Positions 1 to 12,900 of a DNA stretch of 64,000 nt are shown here, piece after piece. Position 1 is the first letter of the stretch. Every line of letters begins with the position of its first letter. The translations under genes and the position numbers were made by a program. The notes below the pieces were generated by a model. The model made no database searches. It was not told the DNA's origin and worked only from the letters and a program-made list of their open reading frames with translations. The stretch is from Antedon mediterranea (lineage: Eukaryota > Animalia > Echinodermata). The stretch is from the NCBI RefSeq assembly GCF_964355755.1, contig NC_092671.1, positions 10,540,001 through 10,604,000 on the forward strand, written 5' to 3'.

Positions 1-918
1 AGTTAATTAATTTAGTATTTGAATATTTTAAAACAATACATTAATATTACTGGCACTCTTTATCCTTTTATTTTTTAAGGTGGATGGCAAATTTACAAAC
101 TAAGATAAAGGCTGTTGTTAATAGTAATTTACAGACTACCGTTGTGTTTATTATTTGCCTAAGTTACTGTGGATGTTAAAGTTCAAACTACTGTAAGCCT
201 ACTGATACTGATATTTTACTCATTAGAGTTGATAATGCTTGGTGTCCAAAGTCCTATATATTATCATTGTGGTTCACATCAAAGTTATTTGTCCTGCTGT
301 AATCTTTGGAAACTGTTTCTTTTAGTTAAATTGTTATTTGAATTAAACATGTGTACTGTTACATTCTGTAATAAATGACATATACTGTACCCAACCCCAA
401 CAATGCCACAAACTACAGTATAAATACAGTACAACGTTATAGTGATATATTGCACTACTAGGTGGCGTGTACTGTACCTTGTAAAGATAAAGTGCCAGAG
501 ATAATGTAAAGAGGACACAGATAATAAAAGCGATGACATACAATGGTGAACTCTCTTTAATGTTTTTAGTCATGTCTCAATCTTATTAGCATTTATGTTT
601 TTTAAAAGATTGTTCCCAGTGGGACATTATTTAAAAGGTCTGCTTTATTAATTTCTTTAGTAAAAAGAATAACTATGTATATTGAATAATGTAGACTGTT
701 TAGATGCTATGCCAAAATTATTCTAATGCAGCTAAATGTTAAAAAAAACCAAAAAAAAAACAAAAAAACAAAACAATAACTACTACTAGAATAATTTTGA
801 CATGATCTCTTATTCACATCACATAAATCATCACATAAGATAGTCTTTTTAAAGATTCATTTAATGATTACCATTTTCAATCATAAGATTGATATTTGCT
901 GGTATTTATCTTTCTTAG

Positions 919-3900
919 GAATTAGCATCATTTAGCAAAATCAACGTTGTTCTTGGAAATGAGTCATGTGATTTGGACTCAGCAGTTAGCTCGATAGTTT
1001 ATGCTTTTTATCTATCACAGGTAAGGACATTTTACAATTTGAATTATTATTTTTGTATGTTAATTGTCAAGAATATTATTAATTGTATTTTTGTAATAAT
1101 TTCAAAAGACAATTTATTCCACAGGGAAGAAAGCATAATAACACTATATGATGATAAATCAATTTTATGTCAGAAAATTCTCACACTTTACAAAAATATT
1201 GGATCATCTAGAATTAATATGAATAACTGATAGTAGAACGCTTATTAAGAGGACAAATTCAGGACCCAACACATTTTTCCTTTTTCCTCTGATGATACAC
1301 ATTGTTTTTCATGAAAAAGTGTCCATTTTATAGTGAGTGTTCATTATAGATGTCCCCTGAATATTAAGAATGCCCTCTTAAAAGGGATGTCCCCTAAATA
1401 GAGGTTATTAGATGTAGTTAAAAAAAAACATATATACCATCATTCATTACTGTATATTTTAAGAGAAAGGGTTCCCATAGAGATATGCTGAATAGGGAAG
1501 TTCCCATGAATATGTCCACTGAATACTGTACATGTGGGTTCCACTGTACAACAGTTTAAATGTATGAAACATTTTAAAATAATATACAGTATTTTGTTTT
1601 GTATCTAAATCCTTCAAAATAAATTTTTGTAGTATGATGCAAACAGATACGCTTGAGTAGCATTAGAATAATATTCAGAATACATAACACAATGATGATT
1701 GATTATTAAAGTCTTGAGTCAATCCTAATCAATACCTAGCATTGTAATGCGCTTTAATTAAAGGGAGTACAACCACTTGCTTCACACTGTAATAACGGTC
1801 ATATTGAAGTACAGTAGTCATAAGGAACATTTAAAATACATGCTCTTTCATTTTATTTATTAATATTTTTTTACCACAATTTACTAAATAGTCATAATCA
1901 CTTACATTTACTTTTTTTAATCAATCCCATCGGATATGAATATTCTCATTCATCCATATAGTATTAGGTTTAGAAATATATTAATCAATCCTATCAAACA
2001 TTGGCATACTGTAGCAGTATCAAAGAACAGATTGATAGCTTGGAATTTGCAACTTGCAAACAGGTTTTGCAACTACAGTATGAATGAGGCTTTTAACAGT
2101 GGCGCTTGCAACTACTATGTGGTGCTTGTACAGTAACTGTGGTACTTGCAAACTACTATAGTGCTTGCAACTATAGGTCTTGTAACTGTGTAATTTGCAA
2201 CTATGGAGCTTGCAAAATCTACTGTATTAAATAAGGCTTGTATTTTTGGAGCTTGCAACTATGGAGTTTCTAAATAATGGAGCTTACAACTATGACTTGT
2301 ACAAGGCCAAATAAAACAGATTTAGATTTTGAATTATTTATTCAGTATATCAGTATTTGTTTTCGTTCAGTAATTGTATTCTATCACGGAGAGCTTGTTT
2401 CTCCATGATTCTACCAAATATCATGTTTACATCCATTTTAGCTTCATCCCTGGAAATATAGTGAGTGGGTTGGAATTATTTATAACAGGCTCAAATGATA
2501 TGTTTCTGGAACTTGATTTCACTGTTTGAATTGCTTGTCTTGTGAGAAACTTCAAATTCAATGCAAACAGTTAACACCTTTTGTAATTGAATTTTTTTTA
2601 AATAACAAACAATACATATTCACAGACATAATTACTTGAAAACAGTATCATGCAAGAAAATGGATTTAGAGTTTCAAAAGATTTGCACACACTATGAATA
2701 CTATCTTGACTATTAGTATTACTAAAGACTTAACATTTTATAGGATTTTTATACTGGTACACTTCACCTACAGTACTGTAGTGTATTGTACATTGGTAAA
2801 ACCCTATTCTTTTTGGGGAGAAATTGATTTAATTGGCATTATATACAGTATGTATTCAATGTACAGTAAACCGGCTAATATGACAGTGTTTTATTTTGTA
2901 ATAGTTTAAAGTATGATGTTACAAGGGGTGTACAGTTTACTTAATGTCATCTGAAACTTGAATGTTAAGTGTGTCACTGGTACTTTTAATACTTTCACTG
3001 TTATTGTTAAGTCAATTGTGGTATAATGTTTTTGAAAACATGTGAACTAATACATGTTAGTAAACTACTACAGTATTTTATAGTAGAATAGAGTAGTTTA
3101 CAGAATACTATACTGTACTATAACATCTTTACCATGCTATCTTATAGAAAGAAGATAATCCATTAACACCCTGCATTCCATGTTTTAATATCAACCAAGA
3201 AGATCTTGCTCTACGAACTGAAGCGGTGTATTACCTCGAGAAAAATGGCATCAATTTGAGCAATTTAACTTACCGAGATCAGATAGACTTAGACGAACTA
3301 CACAAAAATAAGCGACTACGCCTCCACCTTGTGGATCACAACACTCTACCCGGCAACGACAGTGACCTTGAGGGTGCTGTTGTAGAAGTTGTGGACCATC
3401 ATAATTTCATTGGTGATGATGCACCTGATGGAGTTATTGAACCTGTAGGTTCATGTTCAACGCTGGTTGCAGAGCATATGTTAGGAGAAGACAGAGATTG
3501 GGTGTCGCAAAATGTTGATGAAACCATTGCAAAGTTATTAATAGGTATTTTCCATGTTTTGATATCTGAAAATATTGGTTTTATGGTTGTATGTAAAATG
3601 CAATTCAGTTTTGTCCTGCCATGTCTTTTTTTTTAATAAACCAGAATAAATAAAAAAAATACATAATTTATAGTTTAGTGAAAAATATTTCACTTTTTTT
3701 ATGTTCGTTAATTGTTAAATACTAGATGGCACGCTCGCTTCGCTCGCGTACCATCTAGGTCGTGCCCACAGATGGTTCTCGAATACACAGTATTTTCCAG
3801 CGAGAAAAAAATGGAGATTTCAAATGTACGTACTGCAGGACTATAATACATTGTCGTTTACAGAAACGAATAAATATACACGATGATTTATGTAGTCAGC

Positions 3901-6900
3901 TAAAATTAGCACCCTGGGAATTACTTCCGAGAGAGAAACAAAATGAGTCAAATTTTTTTATTTGGACTCATTTAAACAAACCCAATTTGTGTTTTGAATG
4001 TAACATTAAGGGTTGAGGGATGGGGGAAGAAGATAGGTACAAAGAGGAAACATTTTAAAATATATTCTTATCCACTCAGTAACGAAATATTGTTTTTAAT
4101 GTTTTATAGGCCTATAAATAATATACCACTAAATACAGTAAAACATTTACGATTTAATACTTTGTTAAAACTCTCACTGTCATAGTCTATTGAAATAGTA
4201 AAGTACATGTAACGATACACGTACCACTATGTACGTTTATATATTTTTAAATTATTAATTAATACAAACGTTGAGAAGCAACTGTCAGTAATAACGTTTA
4301 TTTATTTGTATATTATATGTTTATAATCTAACAATACCTTAACAGTATTGTACAGCATTGCAATACTATTTATGTTTATTCTCCAAGGGGGCCCATAAAT
4401 CTAAATCTATACCTCTATGGTTAAACCAAATAATTTGGAATGTTCCATTCATCACAAATCAATACATTTGTAAAAACGTATATTACATGTATCAAAATAG
4501 CATTTTTTAAAGAAAATCGGCCTGTCTTCAACATCATGATGCTGTACTCGAACTGTTCAACCGGTTTTCAGCTATTAAAAACAATTATCGTAGGAGGAGA
4601 TAGGAAAATGCGAAGCGTCCTCGTATTATTGTGTGCGGGTATTTTTCAAATTGACATCCATTAGACAGTGTATACCACGATCGGAAAACACCCCTATTTG
4701 GGGCAAATCTTTGAACCTAAATTCGTTTTAATCGTCAATAACTAATTATCGAACTCAATTTAATTAGTAAACAGGGTTACATCAGGTGGTTAAAATTAGT
4801 ACCGAAAGTACGAACCAACTTTATATACCATCGCGTAAACATTCTAGAAATAACGCACGATTTACCGATTTTTGCCCTTACGTAAATTTATATATAGATA
4901 CTTTCCTAAATTTACTACATTTCCCGGCCTTGTAACTATTAAGATTTTTTTGTATGATAATATTGTGAACTTTCAGCAAAAATCTGAATTACTTAATCTA
5001 CTTAATTATTAATTTATAATCATAGGAACTATTTTATTTGACACTGTGAAATTATCGGAATCCGCTGGCCGGGTCACTCCTAAAGACGTGAAAATGGTAG
5101 AAGACTTGCAGAAATTTTGTCCAAATATCAACAAAGATGAGGTTTATCAAGAGATACACAATGCCAAGTTTGATGTTGCAGGTAAATATAATTTGGTTTA
5201 TTTTAGATTCACAGTATAACGCAATATTATGGATTAACTGTTTTCTTAAATAATTGAACTGTAGACCTCAACTTAGTAGTGAATCATAGATGAGTGATAT
5301 ATATACTTAACAAACATCTTTATTTTTATAGTCTCATTGAAAAGCTATACTGTTTAGTTATATAAACAAATTACCGTATAGAAAAAAATATGATAATTTA
5401 TAGTATGATGAATACAATTTTATACGATCAGTATATTTTCCCAATCCTCATGTGATTTATAAATGCTATTAGTATAAACTGCATTTGTTAATGCTAATGT
5501 CCTCTAGAAAGCAATTTTGTGTGCTCAATTCTGTTATTAAATCAGTTGTGTATATATTGAAAAATAAATGTGATTTTGGTATGTTTGCATACAGTAAACA
5601 TTACATTTAATGTTGTAACTACAGTACCAAATTGAAAAATAATGAGTTGCAAAATAATGTGATTTTTTGTTGTTGTAGCTGCTATGCAAGCAATGAAATA
5701 GATGTAAATTCTATATAAACTGAGGAATACTGTAAATAAATAGGTTAATTAAATTAATTCTTTCATTTTTTATAATAGTTTCATAAAAAAAATACACATA
5801 CATTTTAATCATGCTTAGTACAGTGTATGAGATATTCTTGGACTCATTATATGAACTTGCAAATAAATTATGAATATTTCCATTACATAATCATGAGGAC
5901 AACTGATGTGACAGAACATCAAGTGTAGACATACTCAATCTGGTACACTACACCATGTGTCGTTATAAACATACTCGTTAATGTCTTTAATTTATCCCCT
6001 ACAGGATTATCAATGCTTGACTTACTTCGTAAGGATTTCAAAACAGTATCGAGTAGAAGAGCTGATAATACTACTGAAAATATCATCGGTATTAGTTCTA
6101 TTACAATAGAGATGGAGGTAAATTTGTAATTCAATATGTCTGTCTATGCATTTGAAATATTGAAGTATTTGGTGTGAACCTTCATTATACAAAACTCTTC
6201 AAAATTGGTGTTGATTTCTTGATTGATTTATAACATGTAATTTTGTTTACAGAAAATATTGCAACGTTCCGGGATGCGTGATGATTTTGAATCGTTTTGT
6301 ACAAGTAGGAATCTTAAGGCACTTATCATTATGACAATATCAATGGACAGTGATGGAACCCCAGAGCGATGGCTTCTGATGTACAATCCTGGAGATTCTA
6401 TATGTCATAACCTAATCCGTACATTGAAAGAAGATCAACAGCTTCAATTGTCCGTTTTAACTGAGGAAGAAGAGGGAGTAACTTTATTTAAGCAAGAAAA
6501 TTCTAAAGTTTCAAGAAAAATTGTCATGCCTGTATTACAGATGTTCTTAGATACTGCAATCTCTGATCAAGATGATTTACTTGGAGGAAACTTTAATAAC
6601 AGTGCTCTTGTAGATTTCTCTGGTGGAGGTGAGGCTTCCAGTAACTTTATGGATTTTGATCCATTTGGAAGCACAACAACAACAAGTTTTGAGGATCAAG
6701 TAGCAAGCAGTGGTAACAATGATCCATTTGGTGATCTTGTAGGAGGAGCGGAAGGATCTGCAAACTTCTCATTTGATCCTTTTGCAACAATTACAGAAGA
6801 TGATCCATCATTTACTTCTCCAAAATCTCCTTTGTCACCTTCTGGACAACAAGCTCCCATTGACCTCTTGGGTATGGATCCTTTCGCGCCTTCAGAACAA

Positions 6901-9900
6901 CTTCTCAATGTTCAGGAAGGAGTTTCAGACATGTTCGACCCATTTCAAACAATATCGCCAAGCTCAGATTCATTCAATAGTCAGGAAGACCTACTTGGTG
7001 CACCACCAGCCCAAGCTGACCCTTTTGATTTATTTACAAATAGTAACATTCAAAATTCATCTCCGGTGACCTCAACTGACCCATTTGATATATTTACAAA
7101 TACAGACAGTATCAAATCAACTGAACCGTTTGCAAATGTATCAGAAGATCATGAGAGTGCTAATAGTTTTGAGTTTGTTGAAAAGGTTGACTGTGAGGAT
7201 GAATCTAGTCAAGCTATACCCATCTTAGGCATGCCAAAAAATGTCCCACCAACTCCACAAAACTCATATGCAGACATGAGTGAGCTTAATGTAAACAAAG
7301 AATTTGATCATAATGAGCTTTTCCAAAAAGTTCAAAAACTTGATTCAGACAGTAGTGATAACATTATAGTATTTAGCAGTAACAGTAATGGTGTTGAAGA
7401 AAATGGTTTTGAAAGATCAATCAATGGATTGCATGATGTAAAAGCTGAAATACAAGTAGATGAAAACAACCAGCAAGAAAAACCAATAGCAACCTTTGGT
7501 AATGGATCTGTTAACATTATTAATGAAGATGACCATGAAATCGGTGAAAAATCATCGCCTACAGATAATGAAATTAGCGACTCTGCAAATAGTAGTAACA
7601 AGTCAAGGACTATAAGTTGTGGTAGTGAAGGGTCTGCCAGTTATACTGATGATCTTTCTGATTCATCCAGTGGAGACTCTTACTCTCTTAATGAAACTCC
7701 CCAATATGCAAGTCATCATGTGATTACTGAGATCCAAGAGGAGGATGAGGAAGAAGAGGAACGTAATGAATATATGGTTGAAAGAAATAATTTAAACAAT
7801 TTTAATATGGCAGCATCTAATAATGCGTCATCGATTCCTGCCATAGTGATTGATGAAGTGCACAAAAGAAGTCAATCTGTAGAAGAATTTGAAGTGCCTA
7901 TGCCATATATTGTAGTTGAAGAAGTTGAAAATATGAACTTTTCGGATGGTGATGAAGAGATAATAGCACAACATGCGGAGAAAGATGATGCTGAGGTAAA
8001 TAATGCTGAAATGTCACATGATATCATTGGTAGTTCAGAAGAGAAACCATCTTCTAATCTTCAAAGGGTTGACAGTGAAGCCGTGGAAGAATATGTGGAA
8101 CATATTGTTGATGCAGCTGTTGATACATTAAATAATGAACACGATTCTTCTACAACATTAGTAAGAGTTGATAGTAAAGCAGTTGAAGAGTATGTAGAAC
8201 ATGTGGTTGATGCAGCTGCCAATTCAATAAGTAAAGAAGTGCCATCTACAAATGAATTAATATTCAATGATAAAGTACTGTCAGAGAACCTTCCAGCTGC
8301 ACTGGTAAGAGTTGATAGTGAAGCAGTTGAAGAATATGTAGAAGATGTGGTTGATGCAGCTGCAAATTCAATAAGTAAAGAAGTCTCATCTACAAATGAA
8401 TTAATATTCAATGATAAACTACAATCGGAGAACCTTCCAGCTGCACTGGTGAGAGTTGATAGTGAAGCAGTTGAAGAGTATGTAGAACATGTCGTTGATG
8501 CAGCTGCAAATTCAATAAGTAAAGAAGTCCCATCTACAAATGAATTACTATTCAATGATAAACTACAATCAGAGAACCTTCCAGCTCCACTTGTGAGAGT
8601 TGATAGTGAAGCAGTTGAAGAGTATGTAGAACATGTGGTTGATGCAGCTGCCAATTCAATAAGTAAAGAAGTGCCATCTACAAATGAATTAATATTCAAT
8701 GATAAAGTACAGTCAGAGAACCTTCCAGTTGCACTGGTAAGAGTTGATAGTGAAGCAGTTGAAGAATATGTAGAAGATGTGGTTGATGCAGCTGCCAATT
8801 CAATAAGTAAAGAAGTCCCATCTACAAATGAAATAATATTCAATGATAAAGTACAGTCAGAGAACCTTCCAGCTCCACTGGTAAGAGTTGATAGTGAAGC
8901 AGTTGAAGAGTATGTAGAACATGTCGTGGATGCAGCTGCAAATTCATTAAGTAAAGAAGTCCCACCTACAAATGAATTAATATTCAATGATAAACTACAA
9001 TCAGAGAACCTTCCAGCTCCACTTGTGAGAGTTGATAGTGAAGCAGTTGAAGAATATGTAGAAGATGTGGTTGATTCAGCTGCAAATTCAATAAGTAAAG
9101 AAGTCCCATCTACAAATGAAATAATATTCAATGATAAAGTACAGTCAGCGAACCTTCCAGCTCCACTGGTAAGAGTTGATAGTGAAGCAGTTGAAGAGTA
9201 TGTAGAACATGTGGTTGATGCAGCTGCAAATTCAATAAGTAAAGAAGTCCCATCTACAAATGAAATAATATTCAATGATAAAGTACAGTCAGAGAACCTT
9301 CCAGCTGCACTGGTAAGAGTTGATAGTGAAGCAGTTGAAGAATATGTAGAACATGTGGTTGATGCAGCTGCCAATTCAATAAGTAAAGAAGTTCCATCTA
9401 CAAATGAAATAATATTCAATGATAAAGTACAGTCAGAGAACCTTCCAGCTGCACTGGTAAGAGTTGATAGTGAAGCAGTTGAAGAGTATGTAGAACATGT
9501 GGTTGATGCAGCTGCAAATTCAATAAGTAAAGAAAACATAACTGTAACTGAATTATGCAATAATGAACCTCTCTTGCCAGAAAAGGCTGCACCAGAACTT
9601 GAGAGAATTGACAGCACAGCAGTTGAGGAATATGTTGAAAATATTGTTGATGCTGCTGCCAATTTAATAAATAAGGAAGATGCTGTTAATAACCCAATAT
9701 GCAATGAGCAAGATCTTCAAGAACCTCCAGCTAAGCTGGAGAAGATAGGCAGTGAAGCAGTAGAAGAGTATGTAGAAAACGTTATTGGTGCTGCTGTTAC
9801 CCAACCAAAAAATATTGATCAGGATCTTCAGACGAAGGAGTCCTCATCAATACTACAAAGAATTGACAGTGATGCAGAATATGTTGGAAATGTAGTAGAA

Positions 9901-12900
9901 GCTGCTCAGATTCAGACTGCTTTAAAAAAAGATGAAAATGATTTAAAGCAGAATATTGATATTGAAGATAGTTATCGAGAAGTTGTTAGTAGTGTCATCC
10001 AAAATTCTGAACTGATACAAGGGAGGAATGAAAGTGAAGCTGACCAATTGCTTGTTGAACGAATAGCAAGCATAGATGAACTAGAGAAACAACAAAAGAT
10101 AAGTAATGTTGATTTATCTAGTGATGAAAATAGTTTAGATGGCAGAGATAATCTTGATAGAGATGATATGGTACAAAGTATAGTCAAGGAATCAGATGAA
10201 GTTTTAGTATCTCAAACTGCCTCCTTAGTTCAATCCATGCCACCCGATTCCAGCGATGTAGACCAAAGTAAAAAGAACTCACCAACTGAACACAAAAAGG
10301 TATTGGCGTTGCCAATGGATTTAGATTTAGATGATGAAGAAGTTGACAATGAGAATGTTAAGAGGAAAATGTCATCATCAGCTGCTGTTGATATTATTGA
10401 GGAAATGGCTGCTGCTGCTTTTCACGAGAAAATACCAACAAAACAACCAACTGATCTTCAAGAAAGTATAAGCATTGATGACTCAATTAATTCTCCAGTA
10501 AGCGGTCTTAGTTTTGATGCTCTAACACCTGAAGAGGAGGTCAAATTTGTGGATTTATTGGTAGCCTCTGTACCAATAGAGAGTACACCGAAGAAGCCGT
10601 TGACAGTTTCTGAAGATATTAAAAAAAAAATTAGCTTTGACTGGAATGATGATGCAGATATCATTGCTAAAGCTGAAGAAAAAATGAAAAGGGTAAAAAT
10701 ATTTTTCTTTTTACTTTTTTTAGTTAATGAACTCGTAGAATTTATGTCATCCCTACTTTTTAATACAGTATAACTTTATTTTTAAATAAAATAATCCAAA
10801 CAAAAATCAGACAAAGTCAGACAACTCTTTAAAGTTGAACAAGAAGCAAGAAATATGAAAACTATTTTGTGTGTCGAAAGTATGTGGAGCCATTTAGACC
10901 ACCTAATTTAAATATTCTATTAATAAAAAAAAATATTATATAATAATAATAAATTTATATAATAATTTAATATAATAATTTGTTCTAAATGCTTAGGTGT
11001 AAACTAAGCCAGCAACAAATTACAGTGATCAATGATTATTATTTTGTCTAATAACATTTTAATACCAGTAACCTTCAAATGTTATGCTTACTATACAACA
11101 TTTGTAAAGTACAATTAATTCAAATGACCCTCAGCATAATTGGTGCAGGTTATAGGTTAAACAACGCAGCTGTAATTGATGTATTTCTTATCTATATAAA
11201 TCTATAAAATTCAGTTTGCTTTTGGCATTTATGACAGCAAGGCCTAGTAAAATAATTGTATATTACATGTTCAGGATTTATTATACAGTAATAGGTCTGA
11301 TATAGAAATGATTAAGGTTTGAATTTTGAATTGTTAAATGATTTATTTAGTTTGTTGGTTGCGATTTATTAAAATCTGGATTAAAAGTGTTTACACTTCC
11401 TGGTTCCTGATTGATTAGCTTCACAGTACTATTGTACTCTATTGTGTCTAGTATTTAAGTTGGTTTAGTCAATAACTGTATTATAGTTTTACCTGCTGCA
11501 GTTTTCTGTATTCATAGTTCTCCAAATAACATCACACTACAATATACATTGTTTTCAAACCAGAAAGACAAAGAATCGTCTGATTATCTTTGTGTTATGC
11601 CATTTTATTTCAGAAGGAACAAGAGAAGGATGCGCGAAATAAAACCCTAAACAAGACTTTGTCTGAAGCATCATTTGCAGCCAAAGTTCGCATGTCAGAC
11701 GTATCCATCAATGAGGAATGGCAGGATGATGACTACTCGCATCAGAAGCTTCAAGGTCTCTCCAACACATTGACTTCACAAGACTCTTTCTTTGCGAGGT
11801 CAGTTCCAACATTGGAGACTGACACTATAGAAGAAGAAAACTATGATGATAAAGAAGTACAGTTAGATGGAGCAATGTTGAGAGCGGATTATTCTTTGAG
11901 AGATCGACGTTTGACAACTGATAGTGCTGTACTAGATGCAGCATATCCAGTTGATGAAGATGATGACGACGACGATGAAGAGGAGGAGAATACTTTCGCA
12001 GAAGAAGAAGAAAGACCTGGTAAGATTTTGATTATTTTTTCAGTGCACATACTACAGTAAATGTATAATTAATATGCTAGAAGTACAATAGAATCCCTCC
12101 TTTGGGACTCCCTCTTATTCAGTGGACACCCCTATTAAGAGAATACTTGTGAACCAATCAATGACAAATATATGCATTATACATTATAGACAACACCCAT
12201 TCATGGAAACCCTATTTAGTGGTTATCCCTATTAGAAGATAGTATGGAGACACTTTGTTGGGTCCTGGAGGTGTCCCCTTAATATTTATATATTTATTAA
12301 ACTTTTAACAACACTATATGTTCATTCAATTCAATGAGGAATAACCATCATCATTGTCTAAACGCATGATTCTTCATTTCAATTATATAATATACTTGTA
12401 TATTAGAATATAATTTGCTTCAATAATTTGAAATACAGATAATAACTTGGTGCTTGAAAATAATTATGTTCTTGGTTTTCTAAATGTACATTACACTGCT
12501 TTAAAATATTATTTTAAATAATGTTTTATTAATTACACAATTAAATATTGGTTAGGATAACATATTCATAAGTTCATTGGCATCTACTTTTGCATATAAT
12601 CATTCAGTGATTTAGGAAATAGAAGAGATGTTGTTCCGCTATAGGATTTACTGTTAATATCTGGCGAGGAATAGTACTTTAGTCCTATTCTAAGTTATTC
12701 AACCATAATCAGTTTTTAGGGTTTTAACCCATACAATAAAGACATTTTTTGGTATTTTTTAAAGTATTTATATAATTCACTGAAGCATCCATTGACTCAA
12801 AAGAGATAATAGTAGTAGGGGAGTTTTATTTGTTCCCTTCAATAATTTACACTAAAGTGTCATTTTCAAGCAGAAAGAAGTATTTACATTACAATTTATA

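Noticed and set aside
80-195. Possible PRUNE start exon after the acceptor-like ttttttaag
   Set aside because: The ATG at 84 hits a stop before any suitable phase-0 donor, and it shows no similarity to PRUNE N-termini.
8061-9704. 547-aa antisense ORF
   Set aside because: Shadow of the in-frame 144-bp coding repeat; no independent start or splice evidence.
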